DNA from: Solirubrobacterales bacterium
Lineage (GTDB): Bacteria > Actinomycetota > Thermoleophilia > Solirubrobacterales > JBBDJG01
Assembly: GCA_040880005.1 (NCBI GenBank)
Contig: JBBDJG010000026.1
Coordinates: 3,432 to 67,431 of the forward strand
DNA length: 64,000 nucleotides
Direction: 5' to 3'
Of the stretch, positions 24,875 to 35,277 are shown piece after piece; the stretch's first letter is position 1; each line of letters starts with the position of its first letter. The position numbers and the translations under genes are program-made. The notes below the pieces were generated by a model that was not told the origin of the DNA, searched no databases, and saw only the letters and a list, made by a program, of their open reading frames with translations.

Positions 24875-26551
24875 CTAACGAGTAACCGCGCCCTCGGTGG
24901 CCGAGGAGACATGTGCCGCGTACTTGGCCATCACGCCTTTGGTGTACTTCGGCTCAGGCGGCGTCCAATCCGCAACGCGGCGATCGATCTCCTCCTGGGG
25001 AAGATCGAGCTCCAGCCTGCGGTTGGGGATGTCGAACTCGATCTGGTCGCCCTCGCGCACGGCGGTGATCGGTCCGCCGTGTGCCGCTTCGGGCGCGACG
25101 TGACCTGCCATCAGCCCATGTGTGGCGCCAGAGAACCGTCCGTCGGTAAGCAGCGCCACCGACTCCCCCAGCCCCTCACCGACCAGCGCCGCAGTGACTC
25201 CGAGCATCTCGCGCATCCCGGGACCGCCGCTGGGCCCCTCGTTGCGAATCACGAGCACGTCGCCCTCGCGAATCTGGCGCGCGGTGACGGCGGCCATCGC
25301 ATCCTCCTCACATTCGAACACCCGTGCCGGACCGCGATGGTGGGTGCGCTCCTCGCCGGCCACCTTGACCACGCAGGCATCGGGAGCGAGGTTGCCACGC
25401 AGGATCGCCAGCCCGCCGGTCGGCTTGAGCGGATCGTCGAGCGCTCGCACGACCTGTTGCCCGGGCGTTTCGGCCGCGAGATCGGCCTCCTCTCCGATCG
25501 TGCGCCCATTCACCGTGATCGCGTCACCGTTGAGGACCCCGGCCTGCTTGAGGCGCTGGGCAACGACGGCCATGCCGCCCGCCACGTAGAGATCGTTGGC
25601 GACGAAACGCCCGCCCGGCTTGAGATCCGCGAGCAGCGGCGTGCGTGAGCTGACGCGGTCGAAGTCGTCGATCGACAGCTCGACGCCCGCCTCGTAGGCC
25701 GTGGCCAGCAGGTGCAGCACGCCGTTGGTCGAGCCACCCGTGGTGCACACGGCGGCGATCGCGTTTTCGAGCGACTCCCGCGTGATGATGTCGTGCGGGC
25801 GCAGGTCGTCTTCGAGCACTTTCATGACGAGTTTGCCCGCTTCAAAGCACACCTCATCCTTGTGGGGGTCCATCGCCGGCACGTCGGAGAAGCCCATCGG
25901 CGAGATCCCGAGCATCTCGTAGGCCGTGGCCATCGTGTTGGCGGTGAACTGGCCCCCGCACGCACCTGCGCCCGGGCAGGCGGCGTGCTCGAGCTCGGAA
26001 AGCTCGGCGTCCTCGATGTCGCCCGCGGCGTGAGCGCCCACCGCCTCGAACACATCCTGGATCGTGACATCGTGCCCGTGAAACTCGCCCGGCGCGATCG
26101 ACCCGCCGTAGATCATCAGCGACGGGAGATCGAGTCGCGCAAGCGCCATCACCGTGCCCGGGATTGTCTTGTCGCAACCGGAGATGGCGACGACCGCATC
26201 GAACAGGTGGCCGCGTGCGACCAGCTCGATCGAGTCGGCCACGACCTCGCGGCTCACGAGCGAGGCCTTCATCCCCTCCGTGCCCATTGTGATGCCGTCC
26301 GAGATCGCGATCGTGTTGTACTCCAGCGGCGTTCCGCCGGCCGCGCGGACTCCCTCCATGATCCGCTCGGACAGGCGCCGCAGGTGGAAGTTGCACGGCA
26401 TCGTGCCGATCCACGTATTCGCAACGCCGACCATCGGCTTGCTCAGGTCCTCGTCGCTGAGCCCGATCGAGTACAGGTAGGAGCGCGCGGCGGCGCGATC
26501 GGGCCCCTCCACCAGCTCGCGGCTGCGATGGCGCGAATCGACCGTCTTCAT
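24875..26551 (-). CDS. ilvD: dihydroxy-acid dehydratase
   Basis: 558 aa with [11 protein letters not shown], and IlvD/Edd family similarity along its whole length. Confidence 0.95.
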   Translation of the reverse strand: MKTVDSRHRSRELVEGPDRAAARSYLYSIGLSDEDLSKPMVGVANTWIGTMPCNFHLRRLSERIMEGVRAAGGTPLEYNTIAISDGITMGTEGMKASLVSREVVADSIELVARGHLFDAVVAISGCDKTIPGTVMALARLDLPSLMIYGGSIAPGEFHGHDVTIQDVFEAVGAHAAGDIEDAELSELEHAACPGAGACGGQFTANTMATAYEMLGISPMGFSDVPAMDPHKDEVCFEAGKLVMKVLEDDLRPHDIITRESLENAIAAVCTTGGSTNGVLHLLATAYEAGVELSIDDFDRVSSRTPLLADLKPGGRFVANDLYVAGGMAVVAQRLKQAGVLNGDAITVNGRTIGEEADLAAETPGQQVVRALDDPLKPTGGLAILRGNLAPDACVVKVAGEERTHHRGPARVFECEEDAMAAVTARQIREGDVLVIRNEGPSGGPGMREMLGVTAALVGEGLGESVALLTDGRFSGATHGLMAGHVAPEAAHGGPITAVREGDQIEFDIPNRRLELDLPQEEIDRRVADWTPPEPKYTKGVMAKYAAHVSSATEGAVTR

Positions 26552-27162
26552 GCCGTTCCCGTCGCGACCGTGCTCGATGTCGTCCCCTGATGATCACGCG
26601 CGGCTCGCTCGCCGCGAGCGCGCTCCCACTCGCGCAGGCGTGCAAGATCCCGGCGGACCTGCTCGGGGTCGACCTGCCGCCCGGGCAGATGCATGTTGGC
26701 TCCCCGCAGCAGGCGCTCCTCGTCAGCCTTGATCATCATCCACTTCGCCAGCACGTCATCGGAGTCGGGCAGCCTCGGGCCGAAGCGGCCACCGCGATCG
26801 GGGAACTGGACGCAGTACTCGCTCAGCAGGCCACTCGATTCCGGCAGGTAGGCGACGATCGGCCTGTGCGGGTAGACCAGGTAGCAGTACCCGCCGTCCC
26901 GGTCGTCGATCATGCGCCCGGCAACCCGGACGAACCCCAGGTCCCGGTACATCTCCCACTCCTCGGCGTTGACGACCGAGCGCAGCAGAGCGCGAGCCTT
27001 GCGCTCCGCGCGGCGCTCGACCCCTGGATCGATGCGGGGGGACTTGTCGCTGCGCGGACGCCCTTCCCGGCGTGCAACGCGCGCGCGCGCCGCACCGGCA
27101 CCGACGTAAACCACCAAGAACAGCGCAACCAGCGCCGAAATCACGAGAGCCGCAGCGGACAT
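26548..27162 (-). CDS. hypothetical membrane-anchored protein
   Basis: 204 aa with an N-terminal TM helix ([23 protein letters not shown]). Its stop overlaps the ilvD start. Confidence 0.55.
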   Translation of the reverse strand: MSAAALVISALVALFLVVYVGAGAARARVARREGRPRSDKSPRIDPGVERRAERKARALLRSVVNAEEWEMYRDLGFVRVAGRMIDDRDGGYCYLVYPHRPIVAYLPESSGLLSEYCVQFPDRGGRFGPRLPDSDDVLAKWMMIKADEERLLRGANMHLPGRQVDPEQVRRDLARLREWERARGERAARDHQGTTSSTVATGTA

Positions 27163-27172
27163 TGGGCTCCGA

Positions 27173-27421
27173 TCAGCCGCCGGCGGCGCGGGGAAAGAAG
27201 ATCACGCGTTCGGCGTCTCTTGGGATGTCAGCGAACTCCTGAACCATGACCGCCTCGCGTCGCCCCAAGTGGCCGCTTTCCACCGGGACGGCCGCCCACA
27301 TGCCCTCGTCGAGCTGTCGGCGGAACTCCTCGATCAGGAGCTGCTCCTCCTCGGAGAGCTCCGGGTCGCCCTCGGCGAGCACGACCTCTCCCTTGCCGGG
27401 CATCAGACGCAGGAACTTCAT
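27173..27421 (-). CDS. hypothetical protein, 82 aa
   Basis: Track ORF MKFLRLMPGKGEVVLAEGDPELSEEEQLLIEEFRRQLDEGMW... Confidence 0.5.
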   Translation of the reverse strand: MKFLRLMPGKGEVVLAEGDPELSEEEQLLIEEFRRQLDEGMWAAVPVESGHLGRREAVMVQEFADIPRDAERVIFFPRAAGG

Positions 27422-27428
27422 GGCGGGA

Positions 27429-28262
27429 TTATTCCACCTGGACGTCGCCGGGCCGCTCGCGGCCGGTCAAGTCGAAGACATCCACCGGTCCCGCGCCCGC
27501 GCCGAGCCCGCGCAGGCCGTCGCGCACCGCGTCAGAGGCGACCCGCTTGGCCATGCGCGCTGCCCCTAGCGGGTCGAGGCCGAGCGCGAGCCCCGCAGCC
27601 AGCGCCGAGGAATGAGTGCACCCCGAGCCGTGTGCCGCTCCTCCCGGATGGCGCGGGCCCGTGATCGGCGTCACCCGCTCACCGTCCCAGAACGTGTCGA
27701 TCGCCTGATCGTCATCGCTGTGGCCGCCCGTGACGACCACGTAGCGCGGCCCCAGCCGGCCAATCGCACGGGCCAGCTCCGACGCGTCCGCCCCCTCGTC
27801 GGCCCGAGCGAGCACCCGCGCCTCGGCCAGATTGGGGGTAACAACCTTGGCGCGACCGATCAGGGCGATCAGCGCCTCGGTGGCGTCGGCGTCCAGGAGC
27901 CGCGCTCCACTCTCGGCGACCATCACCGGGTCCACAACGACCGGCACGCCCTCGACCAGATCGAGCGCCCGGTCGACCGCCCGTGCCGTCTCGGCGGAGC
28001 CGAGCATCCCGACCTTGACCGCATCGACGCCGATGTCTTTGGCGACCGCCTCGACCTGGCCGACTATCGCCGACGGCTGCACGGGGGTCACACCCTCGAC
28101 CGCGACCGTGTTCTGCCAGGTGATAGCGGTGATCGCCGTCATGCCGTGCACGCCGCAGCGGGCGAATGCCTTCAGGTCCGCCTGGATGCCCGCTCCACCG
28201 CCGGAGTCGGACCCGGCGATCGACAGCACCGCCGGCACGCGCGTTCTAGCTCCGTCGTTCAC
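27429..28262 (-). CDS. thiD: hydroxymethylpyrimidine/phosphomethylpyrimidine kinase
   Basis: Track ORF 27429..28373 trimmed to GTG 28262. Motif: VLSIAGSDSGGGAGIQADLK. Confidence 0.9.
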   Translation of the reverse strand: MNDGARTRVPAVLSIAGSDSGGGAGIQADLKAFARCGVHGMTAITAITWQNTVAVEGVTPVQPSAIVGQVEAVAKDIGVDAVKVGMLGSAETARAVDRALDLVEGVPVVVDPVMVAESGARLLDADATEALIALIGRAKVVTPNLAEARVLARADEGADASELARAIGRLGPRYVVVTGGHSDDDQAIDTFWDGERVTPITGPRHPGGAAHGSGCTHSSALAAGLALGLDPLGAARMAKRVASDAVRDGLRGLGAGAGPVDVFDLTGRERPGDVQVE

Positions 28263-28305
28263 TGCGGTCAGGATATGCGCACCGCAGATGCGCGGGCCAA
28301 CTCGC

Positions 28306-29376
28306 TTAGCTGCAACGCAGGTAGCAGCCACCGGCCTCGCGGCGAACCAGTCCGAGCAGCTCCAACTCCGCAAGCCCGGACAGCACCTGCGGCACCGCGG
28401 CCGGGTCGCCGGCTATCGCCTCGGCCGTCCCCTCCCCCTTCTCCACCGCGTCCAGCAGCGTCTGCAGCTCGGCCGAGAGGGTCGGCGTGGCGTGCTTGCG
28501 GTCGCGGCTCCGGAACCCATCGGGGCCGAACAGGACGTCGAGCACGTCGGATGCGTCGCGCACGACGTGCGCGCCATCGGCAAGCAGTCCGTTGGGGCCG
28601 GCGGCGAGCCCGCTCGTCACCTGGCCCGGCACCGCGCCGACGTCGCGTCCCAACTCGGCGGCAAAGTTGGCCGTGATCAACGACCCCGAGTCAGCGGCGC
28701 CCTCGACCACGATCGTCATCGAGGACAGGCCCGCCATGATCCTGTTGCGCGCCGGAAAGCACCAGCGGAACGGCCGGAAACCCGGCGGCATCTCGGACAC
28801 GACCAACCCCGAGCGCGCAACGCGCCCGTACAAAGCGAGGTTTCCGCGCGGGTACGCGGTGTCGGCACCGCAGGCGAGCACCGCGACGGTCGGCCCGCCA
28901 CCGTCGAGTGCTCCCTCGTGCGCGGCCGCATCGACTCCGAACGCCATGCCGCTGACGACGGGGACGCCGCACGCGGCCAGCTCTCGTCCCAGCCGGCGCG
29001 ATACTTCGAGCCCGTAGGTTGAGGCGCGGCGCGAGCCCACCACCGCCGCCGCCGGCTCGGCCCGCAGCAGATCGAGGATCGATCGGTCGCCGCGCAGGAA
29101 CAGCGCCGCGGCGCGATCCGGCAACGCGTCGAGCTTGCGCGGAAACTCGGCCGCGTGGGCGCAGGTGGTCGTCAGGCCCCGTGCTGTCGCGGCTGCCGCG
29201 ACGGACGCCGCAGCGGAACGATCCGGATGGCCGATCTTCAACGCCGCGACGAGATCGCGGTCGTGGAGCGCAAGCAGTGCGGGAAGGCGCGAGCGCCGGC
29301 GGGCGACGCGCTCGATCGCCCCCGCCGCCGCGGCAAGCAGGGCCGACCGCTGGAGACACGCGTCGCATGCGCTCAC
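28306..29376 (-). CDS. dprA: DNA processing protein DprA (Smf)
   Basis: 356 aa. Motifs: GMAFGVDAAAHEGAL and FPARNRIMAGLS. Confidence 0.9.
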   Translation of the reverse strand: MSACDACLQRSALLAAAAGAIERVARRRSRLPALLALHDRDLVAALKIGHPDRSAAASVAAAATARGLTTTCAHAAEFPRKLDALPDRAAALFLRGDRSILDLLRAEPAAAVVGSRRASTYGLEVSRRLGRELAACGVPVVSGMAFGVDAAAHEGALDGGGPTVAVLACGADTAYPRGNLALYGRVARSGLVVSEMPPGFRPFRWCFPARNRIMAGLSSMTIVVEGAADSGSLITANFAAELGRDVGAVPGQVTSGLAAGPNGLLADGAHVVRDASDVLDVLFGPDGFRSRDRKHATPTLSAELQTLLDAVEKGEGTAEAIAGDPAAVPQVLSGLAELELLGLVRREAGGCYLRCS

Positions 29377-30917
29377 GCGGCCGCGCCCGAGAGCTGCCTG
29401 CCGCCACGATGGTCGCGGTAGGAAAGCGCCTCTGTCGCGTGTTCGCGCAGTATCCGCGGGCTACCGGCAAGATCGGCAATCGTGCGTGCGACTCGCAATG
29501 CCCGATCGTGCCCTCGCATACTCAGCCCGATTCGCTCCCGTGCGTCCGCAAGCGCGCCAAGTGCGGATTCGTCGAGATCGCACAGCCCGCGCAGCTGCGC
29601 CGCCCGCATCTCGGCATTGCAGCGCCGCCCGCAGCTCGCAAGGCGACGAGCCTGCACGCTGCGAGCCCGCACGACCCTGGTGCGTATGGCGAGCGAGTCC
29701 GATTCCGCTTTCTCGTCCGCGAGTTGTCCGCGTGTCGGCATCTCCACGCGTATGACGAGGTCGATCCGATCGAGCAGCGGCCCGCTCAGCTTCGATTGGT
29801 GCCGCGCCACCGCAACCGGGTGGCAGGAGCAGTCACGGCGCGCGTCGCCCGCGTGTCCGCAAGGACATGGATTCGTGGCAGCGATCAGCATGAAGCGCGC
29901 CGGAAAACTCGCGGCGCGCTGTGCCCTGCTGATCTCGACGACCCCTTCCTCGAGCGGCTGCCGCAACGCCTCGAGCGCCGGGCGCACGAACTCGGACAGC
30001 TCGTCCAGGAACAGAACGCCGTTCAGCGCCAGGCTCACCTCACCGGGCGAGGGCCCGCGTCCCCCGCCCACGAGGCCCGGGGCCGAGGTCGAGTGATGGG
30101 GAGCACGGAACGGACGTCGCGTCACCAGTGGACGACCGCCCAGCAGGCCGGCAACCGAGTGCACGCGCGTGGTCTCGAGCGCCTCCTCGAGCGAGAGCGG
30201 AGGCAGGATCGTCGGCACACGCCGGGCGAGCATCGACTTCCCTGCGCCGGGCGGGCCGATCATCAGCAGGTTGTGACCACCGGCAGCGGCAATCTCCAAC
30301 GCGCGCTTGGCCCCATGCTGGCCCCGCACGTCCGACATGTCGTGTCCGCCTCCGAGCGGAGTGGCCAGCAGCGCAGTCGCATCGCAGTCGTGTCTCGCCA
30401 ACTCGGCCTCGCCGGTCAGATCCCGCACCAACTGGGTCAGGGAGTCGGCGCCCGTCACGTCGATCCCGGCGACGAGCGCTGCCTCGGACTCGTTGTCGCG
30501 CGGGAGGACCAGCCCACGGCAGCCGGCGCGGCGGGCCGCGTCGGCGATCACGATCGCCCCGCGCACCGGCCGCAGCGAGCCGTCCAGGCCGAGCTCCCCG
30601 CAGAGGGCCCGGCCGGCGAGCGACTCGGGCGTGATCTGACCGCTCGCCGCCAGCAGCGCGGCCGCCAGCCCGAGGTCGAAGCCGGGCCCGGCCTTGCGCA
30701 GGTCGGCCGGGGCCAGGTTGACGGTGATCCGACGCAGCGGGAAGTCGAAGCCGGAGTTGACGAGTGCGGCCCGCACGCGCTCGCGCGATTCCTGCACCGC
30801 CGCGTCGGGCAGGCCGACGATCGTGAACGCGGGGAGGCCGGAGTGGATGTCTGCCTCCACGGCGACCGGCACGGCATCGACTCCTTGGAGAGCAAAGGTT
30901 GTCGCTCGTGCAAGCAC
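29373..30917 (-). CDS. comM: YifB/ComM family Mg-chelatase-like AAA ATPase
   Basis: 514 aa. N-terminal segment FALQGVDAVPVAVEADI...GLPDAAVQESRERV and Walker A GPPGAGKSML. Confidence 0.9.
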   Translation of the reverse strand: MLARATTFALQGVDAVPVAVEADIHSGLPAFTIVGLPDAAVQESRERVRAALVNSGFDFPLRRITVNLAPADLRKAGPGFDLGLAAALLAASGQITPESLAGRALCGELGLDGSLRPVRGAIVIADAARRAGCRGLVLPRDNESEAALVAGIDVTGADSLTQLVRDLTGEAELARHDCDATALLATPLGGGHDMSDVRGQHGAKRALEIAAAGGHNLLMIGPPGAGKSMLARRVPTILPPLSLEEALETTRVHSVAGLLGGRPLVTRRPFRAPHHSTSAPGLVGGGRGPSPGEVSLALNGVLFLDELSEFVRPALEALRQPLEEGVVEISRAQRAASFPARFMLIAATNPCPCGHAGDARRDCSCHPVAVARHQSKLSGPLLDRIDLVIRVEMPTRGQLADEKAESDSLAIRTRVVRARSVQARRLASCGRRCNAEMRAAQLRGLCDLDESALGALADARERIGLSMRGHDRALRVARTIADLAGSPRILREHATEALSYRDHRGGRQLSGAAA

Positions 30918-31051
30918 CCCACGAGCCTAGGGCGCCGAGACGCACACCTGGCCTGCCGAGTGTCAACAATCCGTCACGCGAATGCAACGTTTGTGGGGAA
31001 TCGGACGCCTCGCCGAAATTCCACCGCCACCGATCCACTAGCGTCGCCACG

Positions 31052-31435
31052 ATGAGCCTCGATCCACGCACTCATGTAGGTCGCCGGGGCGAACAGCTTG
31101 CGGCCGAGCATCTCCAGCGGCTCGGCTACGAGCTGGTCGAGCGCAACTACCGGACGCGCGACGGCGAGATCGACTTGATCGCGGCCAGCGATGCCGTGCT
31201 CGTCTTCTGCGAGGTGAAGACGCTCATGGTCCGGAGGCCGGCGGGACGAGCCGCGTTTCGTCCGCTCGAATCGGTCACCCAGCCGAAGCGCGCGCGCATA
31301 CGTCGTATCGCCCGCGGCTGGATCGCGACGCACAGCGCGGGCGGCCGCGAACAGTTGCGCTTCGACGCGATCGGTGTGACGCTCACCCCCTCGGGAGGGC
31401 TGCGCGAGCTGGAGCACATCGAGGCGGCCTTCTGA
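31052..31435 (+). CDS. yraN: YraN family (UPF0102) endonuclease-like protein
   Basis: Track ORF 30899..31435 trimmed to ATG 31052. Sequence: GRRGEQLAAEHLQRLGYELVERNYRTRDGEIDLIA...VFCEVKT. It is on the opposite strand to all its neighbours. Confidence 0.85.
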   Translation: MSLDPRTHVGRRGEQLAAEHLQRLGYELVERNYRTRDGEIDLIAASDAVLVFCEVKTLMVRRPAGRAAFRPLESVTQPKRARIRRIARGWIATHSAGGREQLRFDAIGVTLTPSGGLRELEHIEAAF

Positions 31436-31436
31436 G

Positions 31437-32228
31437 CTACAACGCCAACTGCTGGTACGCGACCGACTGGAACGAGCGACGGTGCACCGGGCTGATGCCG
31501 CGCTCGGCGATCGCAGCCCTGTGCTCGGCGGTCGAGTAGCCGACGTTGGTGTCGAAGTGCCAGTCCGGCAGGTGCTCGGCGAGGCGATGCATGTAGCGAT
31601 CACGCGTGACCTTGGCGATCACCGATGCCGCGGCGATCGCGGCACTGCGTGCATCGCCGTCGATCATGGCCTGCTGCTCGTGCTCGAACTCCGGCACTCC
31701 GAATCCATCGATCAGGCAAATACAGCCCTCGACCGCGACGCCGCGCAGGGAGTCGCGCAGGGCCTGCAGGTTGGTGACGTGCAGGCCGCGCTCGTCGATG
31801 CCACGCACGCAGCGCGAGACCACGGTAACGCGAGCGGCCGAACGCACGACAAGCGGGTAAAGCTCGTCGCGCGAGTGCTCGTCGCGCAACTTGGAGTCGT
31901 CGAGCCGCGACAGAGCGCGCCGCTCCGAGAGCGTCAACCGCTCGTAGTCGAACAGCACTGCGGCCGCGACCAGGGGGCCGGCGAGGCTGCCCCGCCCGGC
32001 CTCGTCGGCACCGGCTACGAAGCGCCGGCCCAGCTCGCGATCGAACCGAAACAAACGGCCCGCCGTGCGCCGGCGCTTGGGACGTTTGCCACCACCGCCC
32101 TTCCCGGGCGCCTCGCGCGCCTCAGAGGATGCCGACGCGCTTGATCGGCCAGTAGGTGAAGAACGCTTGGCCGATGATCCATTTGCGGGGAACGGGTCCC
32201 CAGAAGCGGCTGTCGTCACTTTCGCCAC
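31437..32228 (-). CDS. rnhB: ribonuclease HII
   Basis: Motifs: VAGADEAGRGSLAGPLV, DDSK and GYSTAEH. The ATG at 32228 would give a basic low-complexity N-terminal extension overlapping lepB by 107 nt. The true start may be internal and non-ATG. Confidence 0.85.
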   Translation of the reverse strand: MAKVTTAASGDPFPANGSSAKRSSPTGRSSASASSEAREAPGKGGGGKRPKRRRTAGRLFRFDRELGRRFVAGADEAGRGSLAGPLVAAAVLFDYERLTLSERRALSRLDDSKLRDEHSRDELYPLVVRSAARVTVVSRCVRGIDERGLHVTNLQALRDSLRGVAVEGCICLIDGFGVPEFEHEQQAMIDGDARSAAIAAASVIAKVTRDRYMHRLAEHLPDWHFDTNVGYSTAEHRAAIAERGISPVHRRSFQSVAYQQLAL

Positions 32229-32760
32229 GGTTGTCGCCCATCATAAAAAAGTGGTCAGGCGGAACCTTGATCGGCTTCGGATAGGTACAGGTTCCAGGCG
32301 CGCAGGGCCTGATGAACGGCTCCTTCTGCACCTTGCCGTTGATGACCGCGTGGCTGTCGCGAATCGTGACCACGTCGCCTGGCACGCCGATAACTCGCTT
32401 GATGAAGGTCACACCCTTCTCCTCGCGATCGACGGGTGCCGGGCACGGTTGGGCTTCGGGATGTGGCACACCGCATGTGCGGTCCTCCGCGCCAACCGGC
32501 GGATGGAAAACTATGATGTCATTGCGATCCGGGGTACCGCCGAACTTGTAGTTGACTCTGCTCACGAGGACGCGCTGGCCGACATCCAAAGTCGGTTCCA
32601 TCGACTCGCTCGGAATGCGATACGGCTTTATGAAGAACGCTTGGATGAGGAACGCAAGCGCCACCGCTGCAGCCACGATCAGGACCAACTCCAGCAGTGA
32701 GCCGTGGCCTCGGTCGCCGGCCGTCGCGCCGGACGGCGACTGACTCTGCCCAGCATTCAA
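32122..32760 (-). CDS. lepB: signal peptidase I
   Basis: 212 aa. Motifs: IPSESMEPTL, FIKRVIGVPGD and GDNRGESDDSR. Confidence 0.9.
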   Translation of the reverse strand: MNAGQSQSPSGATAGDRGHGSLLELVLIVAAAVALAFLIQAFFIKPYRIPSESMEPTLDVGQRVLVSRVNYKFGGTPDRNDIIVFHPPVGAEDRTCGVPHPEAQPCPAPVDREEKGVTFIKRVIGVPGDVVTIRDSHAVINGKVQKEPFIRPCAPGTCTYPKPIKVPPDHFFMMGDNRGESDDSRFWGPVPRKWIIGQAFFTYWPIKRVGIL

Positions 32761-32766
32761 GGGCAG

Positions 32767-33384
32767 TTACCCGGCCTGCTCGTCCTTCGACGGCTCGTCT
32801 GGCGCATCGGCCTGCGGCTGCGCCTCCGACTGCTCGTCGTCTGCGCCATCGTCGCTCGCGAAGACCGGCTCGGCCTCCTCACCCTCGGCCTTTGCTTCGG
32901 CCTTGGCTTCGGCCTTTGCTTCCACCTGCTTCTCCACTTCGTCCTCATCCCCGGTTTCGGTTCCGGACTCCTCCAAGGGTTCCTGCCCACCCTGGAGGTC
33001 CTGCGGCCCCGCGGTCATCTCCGCCAGCTCCTCCGGAGTCAGATCACGACGCTCGCGGACGCGCGCCCGGCGCCCGATCCGGCCCCTCAGGTAGTACAGC
33101 TTGGCCCGACGCACCTCGCCTCGGCCCATCACCTCGACGCGTTCGACCTTCGGCGAGTGCAGCGGAAACGTTCGCTCCACACCGACGCCGAAGGAGAGCT
33201 TTCGCACCGTGAACGTCCGCCTTGAGCCGGAGCCCTGGAGTTTCAGCACCACTCCCTCGAAGACCTGGGTGCGGCGGCGCGTTCCCTCGATCACCTGGAA
33301 GTGCACGCGCACTCGATCGCCCTCCCGGAAGGCAGGCTGCTTGCGCAACTGGCGGCGCTCGATGCTTTCGATCAGATCGTTCAC
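32767..33384 (-). CDS. rplS: 50S ribosomal protein L19 with a ~90-aa acidic C-terminal extension
   Basis: 205 aa. The L19 core spans about 113 aa ([16 protein letters not shown]...[11 protein letters not shown]). An acidic tail follows that includes [16 protein letters not shown]. Confidence 0.9.
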   Translation of the reverse strand: MNDLIESIERRQLRKQPAFREGDRVRVHFQVIEGTRRRTQVFEGVVLKLQGSGSRRTFTVRKLSFGVGVERTFPLHSPKVERVEVMGRGEVRRAKLYYLRGRIGRRARVRERRDLTPEELAEMTAGPQDLQGGQEPLEESGTETGDEDEVEKQVEAKAEAKAEAKAEGEEAEPVFASDDGADDEQSEAQPQADAPDEPSKDEQAG

Positions 33385-33468
33385 AGGCTGAGGAGGGTAC
33401 CTTTGGGGAGCCCGCGGGCGCCCGGCGCCGCAGCGATGCGGGAGCGCCGATGTTAGCGGACTACCGGC

Positions 33469-34155
33469 TCAATCCGGGCCCGGCGCCGGTCGCCTGCTCG
33501 CGCTCTGAGCTGCACGCCATCCGCGGATGCGCTCGTGGTCGCCCGACAGCAGCACCTCGGGCACATCCCAGCCCCGGTGAGAGGCCGGGCGGGTGAAGTG
33601 AGGGTACTCAGGGCCTCCGCCCAGAGCCGGCGAGAACGACTCCTCCGTCGCGCTGTCGGCATGACCGAGCGCGCCGGGGAGCTTTCGCAGCACGGCGTCG
33701 CCGACCACCATCGCGGCCAGCTCGCCTCCCGAGAGGACATACGGCCCGACCGAGATCGCGTCGTTGGACAGGTGCTCGCCCACACGCTCGTCGATCCCCT
33801 CGTAGCGCCCGCACAGCAGCGTCAGCCTTTCGAGCCCGGCCAGCTCATCTGCAAGCGCGTCGTCGAGCGGCCGGCCGGCCGGCGTCAGGACCACCACTCG
33901 CCGATCGGCGAGCATCGCCTCCGTGTCCGCACCGTAGACAGCTTGCAAGGCCGCGTCCACGACATCGACCCTGATCACCATGCCGGCTCCGCCACCGTAG
34001 GGGGTGTCGTCGACCTGGCCGGCAGACAGGGGGGTCGTGTCGCGGTAGTTGAAAAGCCGCAGCTCGTGTCCCAGCGCGAGCGCGTTGCGCACGTGGCGCT
34101 GGCTCGCGAACCAGCCGAACCATTCGGGGAACAGAGTGAACACGTCGAGCTGCAT
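33469..34155 (-). CDS. trmD: tRNA (guanine37-N1)-methyltransferase
   Basis: 228 aa. Motifs: MQLDVFTLFPEWF and LLCGRYEGIDERV. Confidence 0.95.
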   Translation of the reverse strand: MQLDVFTLFPEWFGWFASQRHVRNALALGHELRLFNYRDTTPLSAGQVDDTPYGGGAGMVIRVDVVDAALQAVYGADTEAMLADRRVVVLTPAGRPLDDALADELAGLERLTLLCGRYEGIDERVGEHLSNDAISVGPYVLSGGELAAMVVGDAVLRKLPGALGHADSATEESFSPALGGGPEYPHFTRPASHRGWDVPEVLLSGDHERIRGWRAAQSASRRPAPGPD

Positions 34156-34706
34156 CAGCTCACCTCACCGAGAAACTGCCCGACGATGTCGATCCGCCGC
34201 TGTTCGACGTCGATCGAACGCACGGCGTCCCGGATCAGGGGAACGAGCAACGAGGTACCGTCGGGGCGGCGCACCTCGAGCACGTCGACGGCCGGCAGCA
34301 GCATCACGTCGATCACGCTGCCCACGGATCGCTCGCCGTCGGTCACGGCCAGCCCGATCAGGTCGTCAACCAGATACTCGCCCGCTTCCAGCTCGCCCAG
34401 CGCGACACGTCCGACGGTTATCTCCGCTCCACGAATCGAGCCGACACCGGCGCGGTCGACGATCCCCTCGATGCCGATCACGGGCCGCTCGCCGGTTCCC
34501 GCTCGGGCCACGATCCGCGTCTGCGTCGGTCCCACCTGGACAAGACTCCCAACAGCGAGCAACTCCAGCCTGCGCGTTGGCTCGACGACCGCGAACTGGC
34601 CCCCCGTTCCACGAGCGCGGCCGACGCGTCCGATTCGCAGCCGTCGCGCGGCTGAGTGCTCAGTCGACGACGTCGACGAGGACTCTCTGTTCGTCGGCTG
34701 CGCCAC
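34155..34706 (-). CDS. rimM: 16S rRNA processing protein RimM
   Basis: Contains RIGRVGRARGTGGQF...YLVDDLIGLAV, and its stop overlaps the trmD start as TGATG. The start is uncertain because ATG 34706 overlaps the KH gene by 47 nt. Confidence 0.8.
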   Translation of the reverse strand: MAQPTNRESSSTSSTEHSAARRLRIGRVGRARGTGGQFAVVEPTRRLELLAVGSLVQVGPTQTRIVARAGTGERPVIGIEGIVDRAGVGSIRGAEITVGRVALGELEAGEYLVDDLIGLAVTDGERSVGSVIDVMLLPAVDVLEVRRPDGTSLLVPLIRDAVRSIDVEQRRIDIVGQFLGEVS

Positions 34707-34962
34707 TGGCCTTCATGATCGTTCGCAGCGCCTTGACCGTACGGCCTCCGCGCCCGATCACCTTGCCGCGGTCCTCTTCGGCGACGCTCAACTCGAGCAT
34801 CACCGTGCCGTCGCGTCCCTCCGTGAGGTCGACCCGCACGTCGCTCGGGTTGTCGACGAGCGCCCGTGCGAGAAACTCGAGCAGCTCCTTCAGGTCGAGA
34901 TCCCCTTCGCCTTGAGAAGTTTCTTGACCGTCGAGGTCGGCTGCGCGCCTTTTCCGATCCAA
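34660..34962 (-). CDS. KH-domain RNA-binding protein (UPF0109/YlqC-like)
   Basis: Contains [18 protein letters not shown]...[18 protein letters not shown], with the GxxG KH motif. The start is uncertain because ATG 34962 overlaps the rpsP 3' end. Confidence 0.75.
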   Translation of the reverse strand: MDRKRRAADLDGQETSQGEGDLDLKELLEFLARALVDNPSDVRVDLTEGRDGTVMLELSVAEEDRGKVIGRGGRTVKALRTIMKASGAADEQRVLVDVVD

Positions 34963-35135
34963 TCGCGCACCCGGTCGGCGTCCAACTCGATCGTGGAAGG
35001 GTCCGTGTTCGGATTGTAGAGCCCGAGCACCTCGAGGAAGCGGCCGTCGCGGGGCGAGCGCTTGTCGGTCGCCACGACGCGCCAGATCGGATTGTTGCGT
35101 GCGCCTACGCGCGTCAGTCTGATTCTCACGGACAA
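34890..35135 (-). CDS. rpsP: 30S ribosomal protein S16
   Basis: Track ORF 34890..35315 trimmed to TTG 35135. Sequence: (M)[41 protein letters not shown]. Confidence 0.85.
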   Translation of the reverse strand: MSVRIRLTRVGARNNPIWRVVATDKRSPRDGRFLEVLGLYNPNTDPSTIELDADRVRDWIGKGAQPTSTVKKLLKAKGIST

Positions 35136-35277
35136 GGTCTGCGAGCCCTTTCGTAGATCAACGAGCCGCAAAGGATACGCGAGCGCGAGCGCGGGCGGCT
35201 CCGGGCGAATATCGGGGACTATCCGTCCCCCTCGACCCCCTCTCATGCTGGAGCGTCCGCCTACGGCGACCGCAAAC

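Noticed and set aside
28263-28305. A TPP riboswitch upstream of thiD.
   Set aside because: The gap to the dprA stop is only about 43 nt, and no THI-box-like sequence is seen.
29019-31055. A 678-aa plus-strand ORF antisense to comM. Similar long ORFs occur at 44051..45685, 45628..46944, 46999..48633 and 54642..56075.
   Set aside because: All are Arg/Pro/Ala-rich and lie opposite or out of frame to genes with clear conserved motifs.
32887-32922. The 3 x 12-bp tandem repeat as a CRISPR-like or independent repeat locus.
   Set aside because: It lies inside the rplS reading frame and encodes EAKA repeats. There are no spacers and no array structure.
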